Below, piece by piece: positions 37,023 through 46,877 of a stretch of 59,340 nt of DNA (positions are counted from its first letter, which is position 1; every line of letters starts with the position of its first letter). The notes beneath the pieces were generated by a model. The model was not told the DNA's origin. It saw only the letters and a program-made list of their open reading frames with translations, and searched no databases. A program made the translations under genes and the position numbers. Source of the DNA: a virus (Duplodnaviria; Caudoviricetes); IMG/VR virus record IMGVR_UViG_3300031578_000034, positions 1-59,340 of that record, one strand, 5' to 3'.

Positions 37023-38930
37023 TTATTCTCCCGAAGGCTCCCCAGAAAGGAAAGCAGATGTTACTGGTGGGATTTGATACTCGGCTTCTGCGGCTGTTAG
37101 CTTTTCGTCTAGTGCTGAATTGTTATGCAGTGCGTCATCTATGGCGTCCTTCACATCATCAACATGAATAAGATTATCAGTATTTATGTACTGATCTAGT
37201 TCTTCTTCAATGGAATCCTTCAGTGCTGCGATTACATAAGGGTTGTGTGTGCTGTACCTTTTAATCTTGTGGTCAGAGGCTCCAGGAGCCCCGCTAAGCC
37301 CGCCACCTCCGGGCGCAGGGGGCATGGGTACCCCTCCGCCTGCCGGCGGCTTTGCGGCCCCCCCAGGGGGCTTAGCGCCTGCTGGTCCGCCAGGAAGCGC
37401 CCCACCAGCTGGTGGATTAGCTTCTGGTGGTGGCCCATATATTTCCGGGTGCTCCAGCCGGTACTTTGCCTCCTCAATCTGATTTCTACGCTCAACGTCC
37501 AGATCTACGCCGGCACCAGATGAGTATGAACGTTCTGACAACATCCCTTGTGCCTTTAAGTCTCTCCACACACCCAAAATTGCGGGGTCTTGCGTTGGGT
37601 CTAAAGATTTTCGCCACTTTACCTTAGGAATTATTAATTCCTGCTTGTCCTTGTCCTTTATCCTAATACGATGATCCAAATGTGCCTGCGGAATCTTGTA
37701 AAAGTCGTTCATCTCACCGACAGGTTTACAGAGCTTATCGACCATCCACTGCTTTTCAAACTTATTTCTAAGTGCTGAAAGCCTCTCTAGCAAAGTCTGC
37801 AAACCAGCAATTGCAGCAGCAAAGGAAGTTTCGCCAACTAGGAACGACTTTGCCACACCTAGAGCCAACAGTTTTACACGCTCTATGAAATCCCACTCTT
37901 TAGAAATTAAGAGCATACGATCAGACACGCCCACAAGTTCCACGCTAACATTGTGGTGCATGACGATGGCAGCTAATGGATCTGATTCCGCAATGGACAG
38001 CATTTCAGAAAATGCAGCTTCGTCATCTTCATCTGGAAGCCACCCTGTAGTTGGGTCTCCCAGCTTAAATATTCTCAGGGGAACGGCATTTCGCTGTGCA
38101 ACAGCCAAGCTCGCATTAACTATAAAGTCTTCGTACATTACAATTCTAAATAGTCTAGTATACAGGCTAGTTCCACGAATCTCAGTTGAACTGTTCAACC
38201 GTGGCAGAAATGTTGTGTTGAGGGCGTCTAGAGGAACTTCTCGTCCCATACGAAATGCGTTTCTGATCTCTCTCGGAATAATAGCTTGAAGCTTACGCAT
38301 TCTAGGGTCTGTCGCAGCAAGGAGACGCTTTATCTCTGGCGTGGGTAGCAACGATAAAAGCGGCTGTTCTGCCACTAATGGAACTCCATCTACTTTTATA
38401 TAGTCTGGATCGTGCGGTATTACGCGATCCCAATATCCCTTGGTTCCGTTGAAGATAGCATGTAGTATCAATTCGCCAGTAATAAAGTAGTCCCTTGTAA
38501 ACGGTTGAAGTTTGGGGACAAGATTCAAGTCATTAAACATATCCTCATATCTACGTTTTATGCTTGCGTCGTCTATCCCAACCAAGTCAAATTCCGACCA
38601 GGGAAGCTCTGCATACATATCTGTGGCTGTTGCAATTGCCGGGTCACGAAGGTATATGGACCGCCAAATACTGTTAGCTACAACTCTATTTCTTGGAAAG
38701 TAGTATTTATCTGGTGTACTGTACCGATAATCGTAGTACAGCGGAGACTGTGCGACAGACTGAATAGCACCAGTTTGTGCAGAGCTAAACCCGCCGACTG
38801 AGCCACCGCTCATAGTTGCTGCTCTACGCTTCATAATCCCATGCGACTTTGTACGTATAATATTCGGACCAGCCACGGTGGGCTTTGGGCTTGCTGCTGT
38901 TTTTATCTTATTCGCGTTTCGTTTTAGCAT
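37023..38930 (-). CDS. portal protein
   Basis: 635 aa between terminase and protease; ATATDMYAELP, RGTSLYTR and PLRIFKLGD motifs; Pro/Gly-rich C-tail. Confidence 0.85.
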   Translation of the reverse strand: MLKRNANKIKTAASPKPTVAGPNIIRTKSHGIMKRRAATMSGGSVGGFSSAQTGAIQSVAQSPLYYDYRYSTPDKYYFPRNRVVANSIWRSIYLRDPAIATATDMYAELPWSEFDLVGIDDASIKRRYEDMFNDLNLVPKLQPFTRDYFITGELILHAIFNGTKGYWDRVIPHDPDYIKVDGVPLVAEQPLLSLLPTPEIKRLLAATDPRMRKLQAIIPREIRNAFRMGREVPLDALNTTFLPRLNSSTEIRGTSLYTRLFRIVMYEDFIVNASLAVAQRNAVPLRIFKLGDPTTGWLPDEDDEAAFSEMLSIAESDPLAAIVMHHNVSVELVGVSDRMLLISKEWDFIERVKLLALGVAKSFLVGETSFAAAIAGLQTLLERLSALRNKFEKQWMVDKLCKPVGEMNDFYKIPQAHLDHRIRIKDKDKQELIIPKVKWRKSLDPTQDPAILGVWRDLKAQGMLSERSYSSGAGVDLDVERRNQIEEAKYRLEHPEIYGPPPEANPPAGGALPGGPAGAKPPGGAAKPPAGGGVPMPPAPGGGGLSGAPGASDHKIKRYSTHNPYVIAALKDSIEEELDQYINTDNLIHVDDVKDAIDDALHNNSALDEKLTAAEAEYQIPPVTSAFLSGEPSGE

Positions 38931-39142
38931 TTCGGTATAGTATCGTCTTTCAAGCAGTTAATCCAAAAATAATCTTGCTCGTTGCAAATACAATCGTTAC
39001 ACGCAGACATACCTGAATATGGACATACTCCGTTACAAAAGTTAACAGATCGAGTAATCCCACATGGCGGATCGACTACAAGGGTGCGCGGAGCAGTACA
39101 ACTAGTCCTACGCAGAAGTTCTGTTAGCGATTCTTTTAACAT
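38924..39142 (-). CDS. small Cys-rich protein
   Basis: 72 aa with multiple Cys; overlaps the portal start. Confidence 0.45.
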   Translation of the reverse strand: MLKESLTELLRRTSCTAPRTLVVDPPCGITRSVNFCNGVCPYSGMSACNDCICNEQDYFWINCLKDDTIPKC

Positions 39143-39332
39143 TATCCATTTCTACGGCTTGCCCCATGTTAAACCGCGCACGTAGAACCGCCTCACGAGC
39201 CTGACTCGGAGTATACCCATATTCCTGTAGCTTAAGAAGTGCATGCGTCATTGGGCCTAAGAATTCCACTCCGCGCTCGTCTGATTCCAAAGTTAACATG
39301 TCAGACAGTCTATCGTAGTACAGGTATTCCAT
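39108..39332 (-). CDS. hypothetical protein
   Basis: Likely start MEYL with GAGG RBS. Confidence 0.5.
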   Translation of the reverse strand: MEYLYYDRLSDMLTLESDERGVEFLGPMTHALLKLQEYGYTPSQAREAVLRARFNMGQAVEMDNVKRIANRTSA

Positions 39333-39549
39333 CTTTCTTACCTCTATCATTATACAGTATGTGCGTGCAAAACCGAAGAAAAGCATCTTTATCTATGTGC
39401 ACACGAAAGTCACCAATTGAAATTGTTACATGTGGTGGAACGTACTTGCTTGGCTTGTCAATCGTAGGACAATACATCTCACAATCGCCTGAATCAACGA
39501 AGCTCAGCACGCCAGCACAGCTTTTGTATACCTTAGCGGCAGCTTTCAT
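39310..39549 (-). CDS. hypothetical protein
   Basis: TAATG coupling with the upstream gene. Confidence 0.5.
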   Translation of the reverse strand: MKAAAKVYKSCAGVLSFVDSGDCEMYCPTIDKPSKYVPPHVTISIGDFRVHIDKDAFLRFCTHILYNDRGKKDGIPVLR

Positions 39550-40844
39550 TACTCCAACCCGTAATGCTTTAGCGCAGCGCCCAGATTAACTTCCCGAGAA
39601 CTACTCTCTAGCCTAGCAGTGGCGGCATCTATTTGTTCACTAACACTATCAATTTTGGGGAATAGACTAAAATACATAGAACTGGTCGCGGCCTTTACTT
39701 TTTCCCAAGATCGTGTAAACCAAGCTAGTGCCTTATCCAAAAGTTGACCCGACTTCTTTTTAGGTGGGGGATACATAGCAAACGTCTCATGTATGCGCTC
39801 TACAATAGTAGTATTTTCTTGCTTCCAAGTATCTAAAATATCTAAAACCTGTTTTGCTATCTCAGGAGCATTATTTTCCAATATCTCTTTTAGTGCAACA
39901 AGCTCGTCAAGAACTCCAGGCTCTTGTGGAAGATTATGAATTGTGCGCTGAAGCCCAACTATCTTGTTCTTGTACTTTTGGAAAAACGTAACCTCTAAAT
40001 CATTTATAGCCTCATTCTCAGATCCAACAACAGAAAATAGTTGTTTTGCTAACTCAGCTTCTTGCTTCTTTAGGTCTTTTTGCCTGCCTCGGTAGTCCTT
40101 TGCCATAGAATTTAGTTCTTGTAGCTCAGACTCAACTGTAGCAAGTTCTTTTTCAGCCGCATCGATTTGGGAAAGAACAGTAGCTGCTAGTGCGCTAACT
40201 TCCTCAACTTCACTAAATTGCGGTGTTAGATCCCCCCACCCGCTGGGCGCTTTTTCCGTCACCTTCACGTCAAGCTTCTCTAGCAACTGCGGCTGCACCT
40301 GCATCTGGCTTTGTGGTGGGCCTGGCATTATCGGGCTCTTAGGAATAATCTTCTGCACTCCTCCAGGGGTTTCATCTGTTGGGGCCGCTTTGACTATCTT
40401 ATACGCGCCCAGACGGAGTAAATACGCCTCTTTTAATTTCATTGACGAAGAACGATCTATTTGTTCTACACGCACAGATACAACACTTTGATCATGCAAG
40501 TCTATAATGTTCACATGTTCTCTGAACGCATCAGCCAATTGGCCAATAAATCCAGTTGTGAGCTTTATAAGCTGACCTTCCTTATACATGCTAAATGGCC
40601 CGTCATTAAGAACATCGCGCGCAAATGTTTGTGTCCGAGAAATTGCATTGTTTATAACTTTCTGGACATAACCCATGTCCTCCAGGGTTGCGGATATTTC
40701 TTCCCATGTCCACCCCATCCACCAATGTGCCTTTGCATGCTCGAACGCCTCATCCACCGGAGATAGTGCAGTATCTGCTACGATAGTAACATTACCTTCA
40801 GCAGGAAAAAGCTCAGCAACGAAGTCTTCAGCTGTAAATTTCAT
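39549..40844 (-). CDS. coiled-coil head-region protein
   Basis: 431 aa with a central coiled coil. Confidence 0.65.
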   Translation of the reverse strand: MKFTAEDFVAELFPAEGNVTIVADTALSPVDEAFEHAKAHWWMGWTWEEISATLEDMGYVQKVINNAISRTQTFARDVLNDGPFSMYKEGQLIKLTTGFIGQLADAFREHVNIIDLHDQSVVSVRVEQIDRSSSMKLKEAYLLRLGAYKIVKAAPTDETPGGVQKIIPKSPIMPGPPQSQMQVQPQLLEKLDVKVTEKAPSGWGDLTPQFSEVEEVSALAATVLSQIDAAEKELATVESELQELNSMAKDYRGRQKDLKKQEAELAKQLFSVVGSENEAINDLEVTFFQKYKNKIVGLQRTIHNLPQEPGVLDELVALKEILENNAPEIAKQVLDILDTWKQENTTIVERIHETFAMYPPPKKKSGQLLDKALAWFTRSWEKVKAATSSMYFSLFPKIDSVSEQIDAATARLESSSREVNLGAALKHYGLE

Positions 40845-42209
40845 TTATTCTACCTCGACGAGTGATCCCAATTTTAAGCCGATACTTCGACAAGTGCCGC
40901 CAGGAAGCTCAACCACAGCAACCACGTTATTCTGCGCCCATCTACCTGGATCTCCCGGCTGGACATTATGAACAATTTTAGATGCCTGAAGTCCGATAGT
41001 TGTATCCATCAGAAAAATAATATCGATTGGAAACTTCACTGACCCCATATGAAACGTAACGTGCTGCGCTGCCTCAAACGGAAATAGCATGCCTTCTTTT
41101 TCGTGTAGCACATCGAAAGCTTCTAGGCCAACAGCCTTTTGATTATCATTTGCTGCAATATAGGTGGTAAACTTATTGTTGTTAAACCCGACTATTGTTT
41201 TAGCGCCAAAATCAAATGCCTTTTTAGCTTCTACAACCACATGGTCTTCAACTGGATCAGGCTCTTCATCATTTGCTGGGTTGCCGGGTGTACTAATCTT
41301 GCGCGTGCTCTTCTCAGCAAGCTTCTTTGCGTAGTACTTTGGTGTGAGGTCTAAATCAACAGATTCTTCATCCTCTGTTTCTAAATCAACAAACTCTGAA
41401 TACTCTTCGGTTGGGCGAGCTTCTTGTTGCTCGTTTGATCCCCAAAGCGCTTCCCAAATTCTCTGAAGCTCAGAAAAATCAGTTGCCTGCTCTATGGCCA
41501 CAACCCACTCGTCAACATTGGGAACAGCCGGATTCCATGCACGAATTGTATCTTCTAAGCGCCGCTTTTCTTCATCTATACGCTGCGCGGTCTTCAAAGC
41601 TGCAAGCTTCTTTTCATCGAACTTTTTCCACGTCGGCAGGAACTCGTCCTCACCTACGCGTAACGAATTAATCACGTCGTTTAGTTTGTTTTTTTCAATC
41701 TTCTTATCAACCTTTGGCATGTCTTTGGCTGGATTTGTATTTACAGTGTCAGCCGCAGTTCTAACTTTTGGCCCCTTTATCTTATTTATATTTGGGTGTT
41801 TTACTGTGTTTACAACGTCTTCTTTATACTTAGATCCTGGGGAAGACCTTGGTGCACCCAATGCGGGCTGCTTTTTAACTGGAACGCCCCCTCCAGCAAG
41901 CCATATATTTATTTCACCAATAACACGGGGATCCGATATGTTGTAGCAGGCATTATGATAATCATTTTCATATACACAGCCCTGGCGCTTTGCTAGAGCC
42001 AAAAAATGATTTTTTAGATCTGTTATTTTCTTTGTATAGTCTGCCATTGCTTCCACCCTAAGCCCCTTGTTGACCAGCACAGCAGTAAATGTAACATGGT
42101 CTTCCGCAGGTAAACGTTTTAGTAATGCCTCATAGGCTGTAAGCCCTATTTTCCCATCTTTTGCCCCAGATTGTGCTAGGACTAGTGCCTTATCTAAAGT
42201 TAGGCTCAC
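40845..42209 (-). CDS. low-complexity head-region protein with C-terminal DUF192-like domain
   Basis: GL...EGMLFPF...FHMGSVKFPIDIIF...VVELPGG...GLKLGSLV matches the DUF192 pattern. Confidence 0.7.
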   Translation of the reverse strand: MSLTLDKALVLAQSGAKDGKIGLTAYEALLKRLPAEDHVTFTAVLVNKGLRVEAMADYTKKITDLKNHFLALAKRQGCVYENDYHNACYNISDPRVIGEINIWLAGGGVPVKKQPALGAPRSSPGSKYKEDVVNTVKHPNINKIKGPKVRTAADTVNTNPAKDMPKVDKKIEKNKLNDVINSLRVGEDEFLPTWKKFDEKKLAALKTAQRIDEEKRRLEDTIRAWNPAVPNVDEWVVAIEQATDFSELQRIWEALWGSNEQQEARPTEEYSEFVDLETEDEESVDLDLTPKYYAKKLAEKSTRKISTPGNPANDEEPDPVEDHVVVEAKKAFDFGAKTIVGFNNNKFTTYIAANDNQKAVGLEAFDVLHEKEGMLFPFEAAQHVTFHMGSVKFPIDIIFLMDTTIGLQASKIVHNVQPGDPGRWAQNNVVAVVELPGGTCRSIGLKLGSLVEVE

Positions 42210-42775
42210 TTATCTTGTTCCAAAAGCTCAGCAATCAACTCATCCGCTGACTTTTTGTATATACTAATGTTTGCTTCTTTTGCCGTGCTGCGAAGGTCGT
42301 TCCACTTAAGCCCAGCTAATGCGGCGCGCCGATCTTCTTCTGAGGACACCTCAGGCAAAACCTCTACTGCAGGCTCTGCCTCAACGGGCTCTTCAGTGTA
42401 ATTAGAAGAAAGATTGAGGTCAGACTCGTCTAGCTTCCCTTCTACGTAGGCGTCTAACTTATCTAACTCGTCCGGATCTGGTAAATTACTAAAGTCTACA
42501 ATTATAGTATCGCTTCTTGGCGTTTTTTGTGGTTTGCGGGCGCTAGAAGACGAAACGGCATTTCCAGTTGGGTGTTGTGCTATTTTATCAGCTGAGTCAA
42601 AAACAACGACTAGAAGGCCACTTTTAATGAATCTTTGCAGGTCCCGATCTGTCTTTATCCAATGTCGAGAACAATACGCCTCTAAATCAAAGTTCTGCCC
42701 AGTCTTAAGCGTCACACTTCCCTTTTCCATTATTATAGAAAGCGTCCCTGCAACCACACATTTTACGGTGAACAT
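42206..42775 (-). CDS. hypothetical protein with Rho-N/HeH-like C-terminus
   Basis: LAGLKWNDLRSTAKEANI....KSADELIAEL. Confidence 0.6.
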   Translation of the reverse strand: MFTVKCVVAGTLSIIMEKGSVTLKTGQNFDLEAYCSRHWIKTDRDLQRFIKSGLLVVVFDSADKIAQHPTGNAVSSSSARKPQKTPRSDTIIVDFSNLPDPDELDKLDAYVEGKLDESDLNLSSNYTEEPVEAEPAVEVLPEVSSEEDRRAALAGLKWNDLRSTAKEANISIYKKSADELIAELLEQDK

Positions 42776-42801
42776 ACACAAACCCCTTTCGTTTATGGAA
42801 T

Positions 42802-42834
42802 ATCATAACCTCAAAACACAAATATGATTTAACT
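42802..42834 (-). promoter_or_regulatory. candidate late promoter AGTTAAA-N20-TATGAT
   Basis: Motif copy upstream of the portal operon. Confidence 0.65.
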
Positions 42835-42844
42835 ATTGTTTTGC

Positions 42845-44770
42845 CTAGCGGAACTTGTTCAAGCGAACTATGTTGCCTATCTTTTTAGGGAAGGTTTTGT
42901 GCGCGTATATTTGACTACCCAGGGTCTTTCGAATAATACTCTTTTGCAAAATTTCTTCTGGCACAGCAATCAAGCGGTGTAATCCAACACAGCATTCTGC
43001 AATGTCGTTATGCCCACCTGGCGGGTGGTCTACTTTCCTGCCATTGTCATTTAAACGCTTTAGCTCGTACAAAACTTTTGCAACAGGTACGTTTCGCACT
43101 GCAGAAAAACCAATTTGATTATGGTCAATCTCACGCTTCGGGAAGCGCACATTTCCAGCCTTCAGAGTGTTTAAAAATCTCATGTAGTCATCTCTACTAA
43201 AGTTTTTTTGCACAGCAAGCACTTTGTTGTCACGCAGCCGATGCACCTGCTCTGTATTGTTCCACTTGTCATACGAGACAGCAAACAGAGATACTTTCTT
43301 ATTTATTTCTAATATAATGTCTGTTACACATGGGAAATACGCTTCCCGAGGAAGCAGCCCAGCTTTATTTCCCTTAGGGATAGGCCTAATTTCAATACAA
43401 CCGTCTACAATAACTTTGTCTCCGTCCTTGTGCCCAATTGCTAGTGCAAAGCTATCCCGCTTCTGGCCTGGATCGCAGTGGATTGCGTAGTCAACTAGGT
43501 TATTAAACCTAAAGTTATCCATTGATATTTTTACGTAATCAAATCTGATTCCGTTTATTACCTGATCAAAAAATTTTTCTGTGAGATCGAAGCACGACAT
43601 ACGATTATGATCAATTGAAGCTTCTAATATTTCAGGGTTTTCTATAAATGGGTTTTCCGCCCCAGGTGGGTTAGCTCCATAATCACGCTCTGCGCCAAGC
43701 GGATCAGACTCAAATTCTTCTGCTAAGTCAGCCTGCGTCACTTCTGGATTAAAATCCCATGTGGGCGAGTGAAAGACATACATTTTTTTATTCGTGTCTG
43801 CCTGCCGCATCAGCGTCATTATCATATCGTCTTCATACAAAGGCGATGATATACAAATCATTTTCCCATCTGGAACTGTGTAATCTCCCTGCTGTCGCAG
43901 CTTGTTTACCTTTGCGCGGACTGTAACTAATGACCTGTTCAAAACGCGATATACTTCTACAGCAGATATCTTGCTCTCGCCGCGATCCATACGAGCAAGC
44001 TCATCAATAACAGTTAACAGTCGTGTGTGGCCCGCCATACCACCGGAGTTTGACGTTCGCGCTTTAACAACTATGCGTTTATCGTTGAACTCTATCGTTG
44101 AACTTCCTGGCTCACCTTTGTAGAGCATATACCTACGGAGTTCTGGATCTGAAATTTCTAAATTGCGTAGCGTTTTAACATAGTTTTGAAACCAGGGAGA
44201 CGCGTCAAAAAAATCTCGGAATCGTCCATACACAGTTTCAGAGGCCTGTTCTCCGGTGGATGCAACAAATGCTATCTCTAGTGGCTGCTTAGTAACTAGG
44301 GCATACTTTTTGTACAAGTTTTCAGCACAGAGTGCACTATGTATTTCCCACCCGGCCATACCTGCAGCCAAGACACTTTTTCCTCCGCGCATACCAACTA
44401 CCCCAGTTAGCGCGTTGTACCACATTAGATTGTCTGGATTCTCGAATTTGCTGTAGCCGCAAATAGGGCAAGTATCATACTCAAATAATATTTGATCGTT
44501 ACGGGGAATGTCATCCTGAGCCAGTATACGATCTACATCATTACACATCGGACACAATAGCTCGTAAAAGTCTCTAACAACTTTAAACTGTGGGTAGTTT
44601 AATGTGTACGCATTTAAATAGTCTGCATGCTCAATGAATACAACGGGATTTGGAGCACGAGACAGCTGGACACGCCCGCCAGTAAGCGCTTTGCGCTCTG
44701 GTGGTTTTCCTGCCAAGAGCCCATCTAACGAAGCAAACGGATCAGAATCTGATTGAAACTCATTATTCAT
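42845..44770 (-). CDS. terL: terminase large subunit
   Basis: Walker A GMRGGKS, Walker B VIDE, ISSP motif III, nuclease HCDPG and KVDHPPGGHND. Confidence 0.92.
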   Translation of the reverse strand: MNNEFQSDSDPFASLDGLLAGKPPERKALTGGRVQLSRAPNPVVFIEHADYLNAYTLNYPQFKVVRDFYELLCPMCNDVDRILAQDDIPRNDQILFEYDTCPICGYSKFENPDNLMWYNALTGVVGMRGGKSVLAAGMAGWEIHSALCAENLYKKYALVTKQPLEIAFVASTGEQASETVYGRFRDFFDASPWFQNYVKTLRNLEISDPELRRYMLYKGEPGSSTIEFNDKRIVVKARTSNSGGMAGHTRLLTVIDELARMDRGESKISAVEVYRVLNRSLVTVRAKVNKLRQQGDYTVPDGKMICISSPLYEDDMIMTLMRQADTNKKMYVFHSPTWDFNPEVTQADLAEEFESDPLGAERDYGANPPGAENPFIENPEILEASIDHNRMSCFDLTEKFFDQVINGIRFDYVKISMDNFRFNNLVDYAIHCDPGQKRDSFALAIGHKDGDKVIVDGCIEIRPIPKGNKAGLLPREAYFPCVTDIILEINKKVSLFAVSYDKWNNTEQVHRLRDNKVLAVQKNFSRDDYMRFLNTLKAGNVRFPKREIDHNQIGFSAVRNVPVAKVLYELKRLNDNGRKVDHPPGGHNDIAECCVGLHRLIAVPEEILQKSIIRKTLGSQIYAHKTFPKKIGNIVRLNKFR

Positions 44771-45404
44771 AACTCACTAGTTTGTCCTCAATCGGAAATT
44801 GTGGGTCAAAGCTATAGTTGGATTTAGAACAATTTGCCATCCTTTGTATCTTGAACGTTCTGATACCACGCCCCTCTAGGCAGTATCCGTATAAAATAAT
44901 GTCACCTTTTTTGTCAAGCGTAAGTTTGTATGGCTCTACATTTCTAGATGTCTCCTCCCCACGCGCGCTGATATATGTAAATTCTAATATTTTTGCGTCC
45001 TTCATTCCGCCTTTTATTGTATTTACAGTTTGCACCGTTGCGGACTCGTCTTCTTCAGATGGCAAATTTTCATCCTTAAATACGTCTTCTGCCTTTTTGG
45101 GATCTCGCGTAACAACAACTTGCTCCTGTGTTTTTTCTGGCTTGGATTTATCTCTGAGCGTAATACCCCCAAGCTTTTGAACCTTACTCGGGGCGTCGTT
45201 CTTCTTAGCTGGAATTTGTGTATATGTATTTATAGCCCCACAGCTTGAGCACTTATACGTAATTCTATCCCTGTAAACCTCATATGGTGTTGCCTGCTCG
45301 CCACAATTCGGGCAAGTTTTTGTCGGGACATTCCCCTCTTTTGCTGCTTGTCGTCCCCATTCTTTTTTAGGTCCCAGTTTTTTCTTGTACAAGAAAACGC
45401 CCAT
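44763..45404 (-). CDS. zinc-ribbon plus WYL-domain protein
   Basis: CPNC...CSSC, then FTY....ETSRNVEPYKL...LYGYC....IRTFKIQRM. Confidence 0.8.
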   Translation of the reverse strand: MGVFLYKKKLGPKKEWGRQAAKEGNVPTKTCPNCGEQATPYEVYRDRITYKCSSCGAINTYTQIPAKKNDAPSKVQKLGGITLRDKSKPEKTQEQVVVTRDPKKAEDVFKDENLPSEEDESATVQTVNTIKGGMKDAKILEFTYISARGEETSRNVEPYKLTLDKKGDIILYGYCLEGRGIRTFKIQRMANCSKSNYSFDPQFPIEDKLVSYE

Positions 45405-46120
45405 TAGAGTTCTCCAGCTAGAGAATTTGCAAGTTTAAGACTTTCGTGCGTACCAGCGTCAGACCACCAACCTGAAAAAACAGAATATTGCAATTCTCCC
45501 CACGCAAGGTACTCGTTGTTAACATCTGTTATTTCTAGCTCCCCGCGCGCAGACGGTCTCAATCTAGAAATTATATCGAACACGCGTTGATCGTACATGT
45601 AAATTCCTGTAACAGCATATTCCGACTTGGGATTTTGAGGTTTTTCTTCTATTAAAGAGATGTTTCCTTTGGCGTCTAGCTCAGGCACACCGAATCTTTG
45701 TGGGTCTGGCACAGCCTTAAGTATCACGCGCGCACCGCGCTCTTGTAATGCGTACTCCTCTATGTAGGAACTCAGTGGGTCTAAAAACATATTGTCCCCA
45801 AGTACAACACACATACGCTCTCCGTATGTAAAACCCCTAGCAAGGCTAAGCGCCTGTGCAATACCACCGGCCTCGTCTTGTACTCGGTATGTCAACTTGC
45901 AATCTAAATCCTTACCTGATCCCAAGCAGTTAATTACTGATCCAGCGTGCTCCTTACCAGTTACCAACATTATGTCTTTTATTCCAGCCTGAACCAACTT
46001 TTGTATGGGCCAGAATATCATTGGTTGGCGCCCAACAGGTAAAAGATGCTTATTTATGCCAGCACTCGTCAGCGGGGCGAGTCGAGATCCGTTTCCACCA
46101 GCTAGTACAATGCCTTTCAT
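45404..46120 (-). CDS. rfbA: glucose-1-phosphate thymidylyltransferase
   Basis: MKGIVLAGGNGSRLAPLT..NKHLLPV, LGDN, EEKP and SARGELEITD; start 46120 overlaps the upstream stop (ATGA). Confidence 0.92.
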   Translation of the reverse strand: MKGIVLAGGNGSRLAPLTSAGINKHLLPVGRQPMIFWPIQKLVQAGIKDIMLVTGKEHAGSVINCLGSGKDLDCKLTYRVQDEAGGIAQALSLARGFTYGERMCVVLGDNMFLDPLSSYIEEYALQERGARVILKAVPDPQRFGVPELDAKGNISLIEEKPQNPKSEYAVTGIYMYDQRVFDIISRLRPSARGELEITDVNNEYLAWGELQYSVFSGWWSDAGTHESLKLANSLAGEL

Positions 46121-46542
46121 TTTGTGCTCCACACAACAGCAGCTGTAGATGCTACCCCAAGACCCAAACCAATAGCGAACCACAACCATGGATCTTTGTA
46201 CCATTTTCGATCTGCTTCTAGTTGTTCTCGAAGATTCACATTGTCTTTTTTAACTACACCCACTTGCTCCTTTAAATTTGATATTTGACCACCTTGCATA
46301 ATAATGATACGTTCTTTTATTTGTAGGCTTTTAGACAGGGCCTCAACAGAGAGCTTCAGCGTAGGAAAATCCATTCGCATTTTTAAAAGCACCTTGGCAT
46401 CTTCTGCTGTAAACGCTAACCATTCGGCATCCTCTATGGATACAACACGTACATCAATAAGTAGATCAGTCGTGCCAGCTTGTTGGCCAAGCACTGTGGG
46501 ACACACAAATAACATGGCTAAAAATACAGATAAAACTTTCAT
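46117..46542 (-). CDS. exported coiled-coil protein with C-terminal TM (spanin-like?)
   Basis: Signal peptide, coiled coil, KWYKDPWLWFAIGLGLG anchor; lies in a membrane gene cluster. Confidence 0.55.
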   Translation of the reverse strand: MKVLSVFLAMLFVCPTVLGQQAGTTDLLIDVRVVSIEDAEWLAFTAEDAKVLLKMRMDFPTLKLSVEALSKSLQIKERIIIMQGGQISNLKEQVGVVKKDNVNLREQLEADRKWYKDPWLWFAIGLGLGVASTAAVVWSTK

Positions 46543-46877
46543 GGCAATCCTAGCTCTCTAAATTTCTGAGCTATTTCCTCTGGAGTCATATCATCTGGAA
46601 GCTTTTTTAGTAAGTCTTCCTTCAACTGTTTAATTTGTTTTTCAACTTCAGCATCTTCCTTTTCTAAATATTTAATTTCCTCTACAGCTATGTTATACGT
46701 AGCGGCTAGCTTTTCTAGCTTTAACGTCGTCTGAAGCTCGTACAATTTGGTTTCTAAACTCTTTATTGCCCGACTCTTGGCACGAAAGAGGAAGAAAAAT
46801 ATAAAGAATACGATGAATCCAAGTATTAGGATTACGAACTTAGTGTTTCTTTTAATCCAGTTCCAGGCGTTTGACAT
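46539..46877 (-). CDS. N-terminal TM plus coiled coil (i-spanin-like)
   Basis: One TM helix followed by heptad repeats. Confidence 0.55.
   Translation of the reverse strand: MSNAWNWIKRNTKFVILILGFIVFFIFFFLFRAKSRAIKSLETKLYELQTTLKLEKLAATYNIAVEEIKYLEKEDAEVEKQIKQLKEDLLKKLPDDMTPEEIAQKFRELGLP

Noticed and set aside
42845-44770. Intein in the terminase
   Set aside because: Length is ordinary and no splice-junction or LAGLIDADG motifs are seen; the CxxC...CxxC insert looks like a small zinc finger.
46121-46204. 28-aa N-terminal extension of rfbA in the ORF track
   Set aside because: Overlaps the upstream gene; the canonical MKGIVLAGG start at 46120 is coupled by ATGA.
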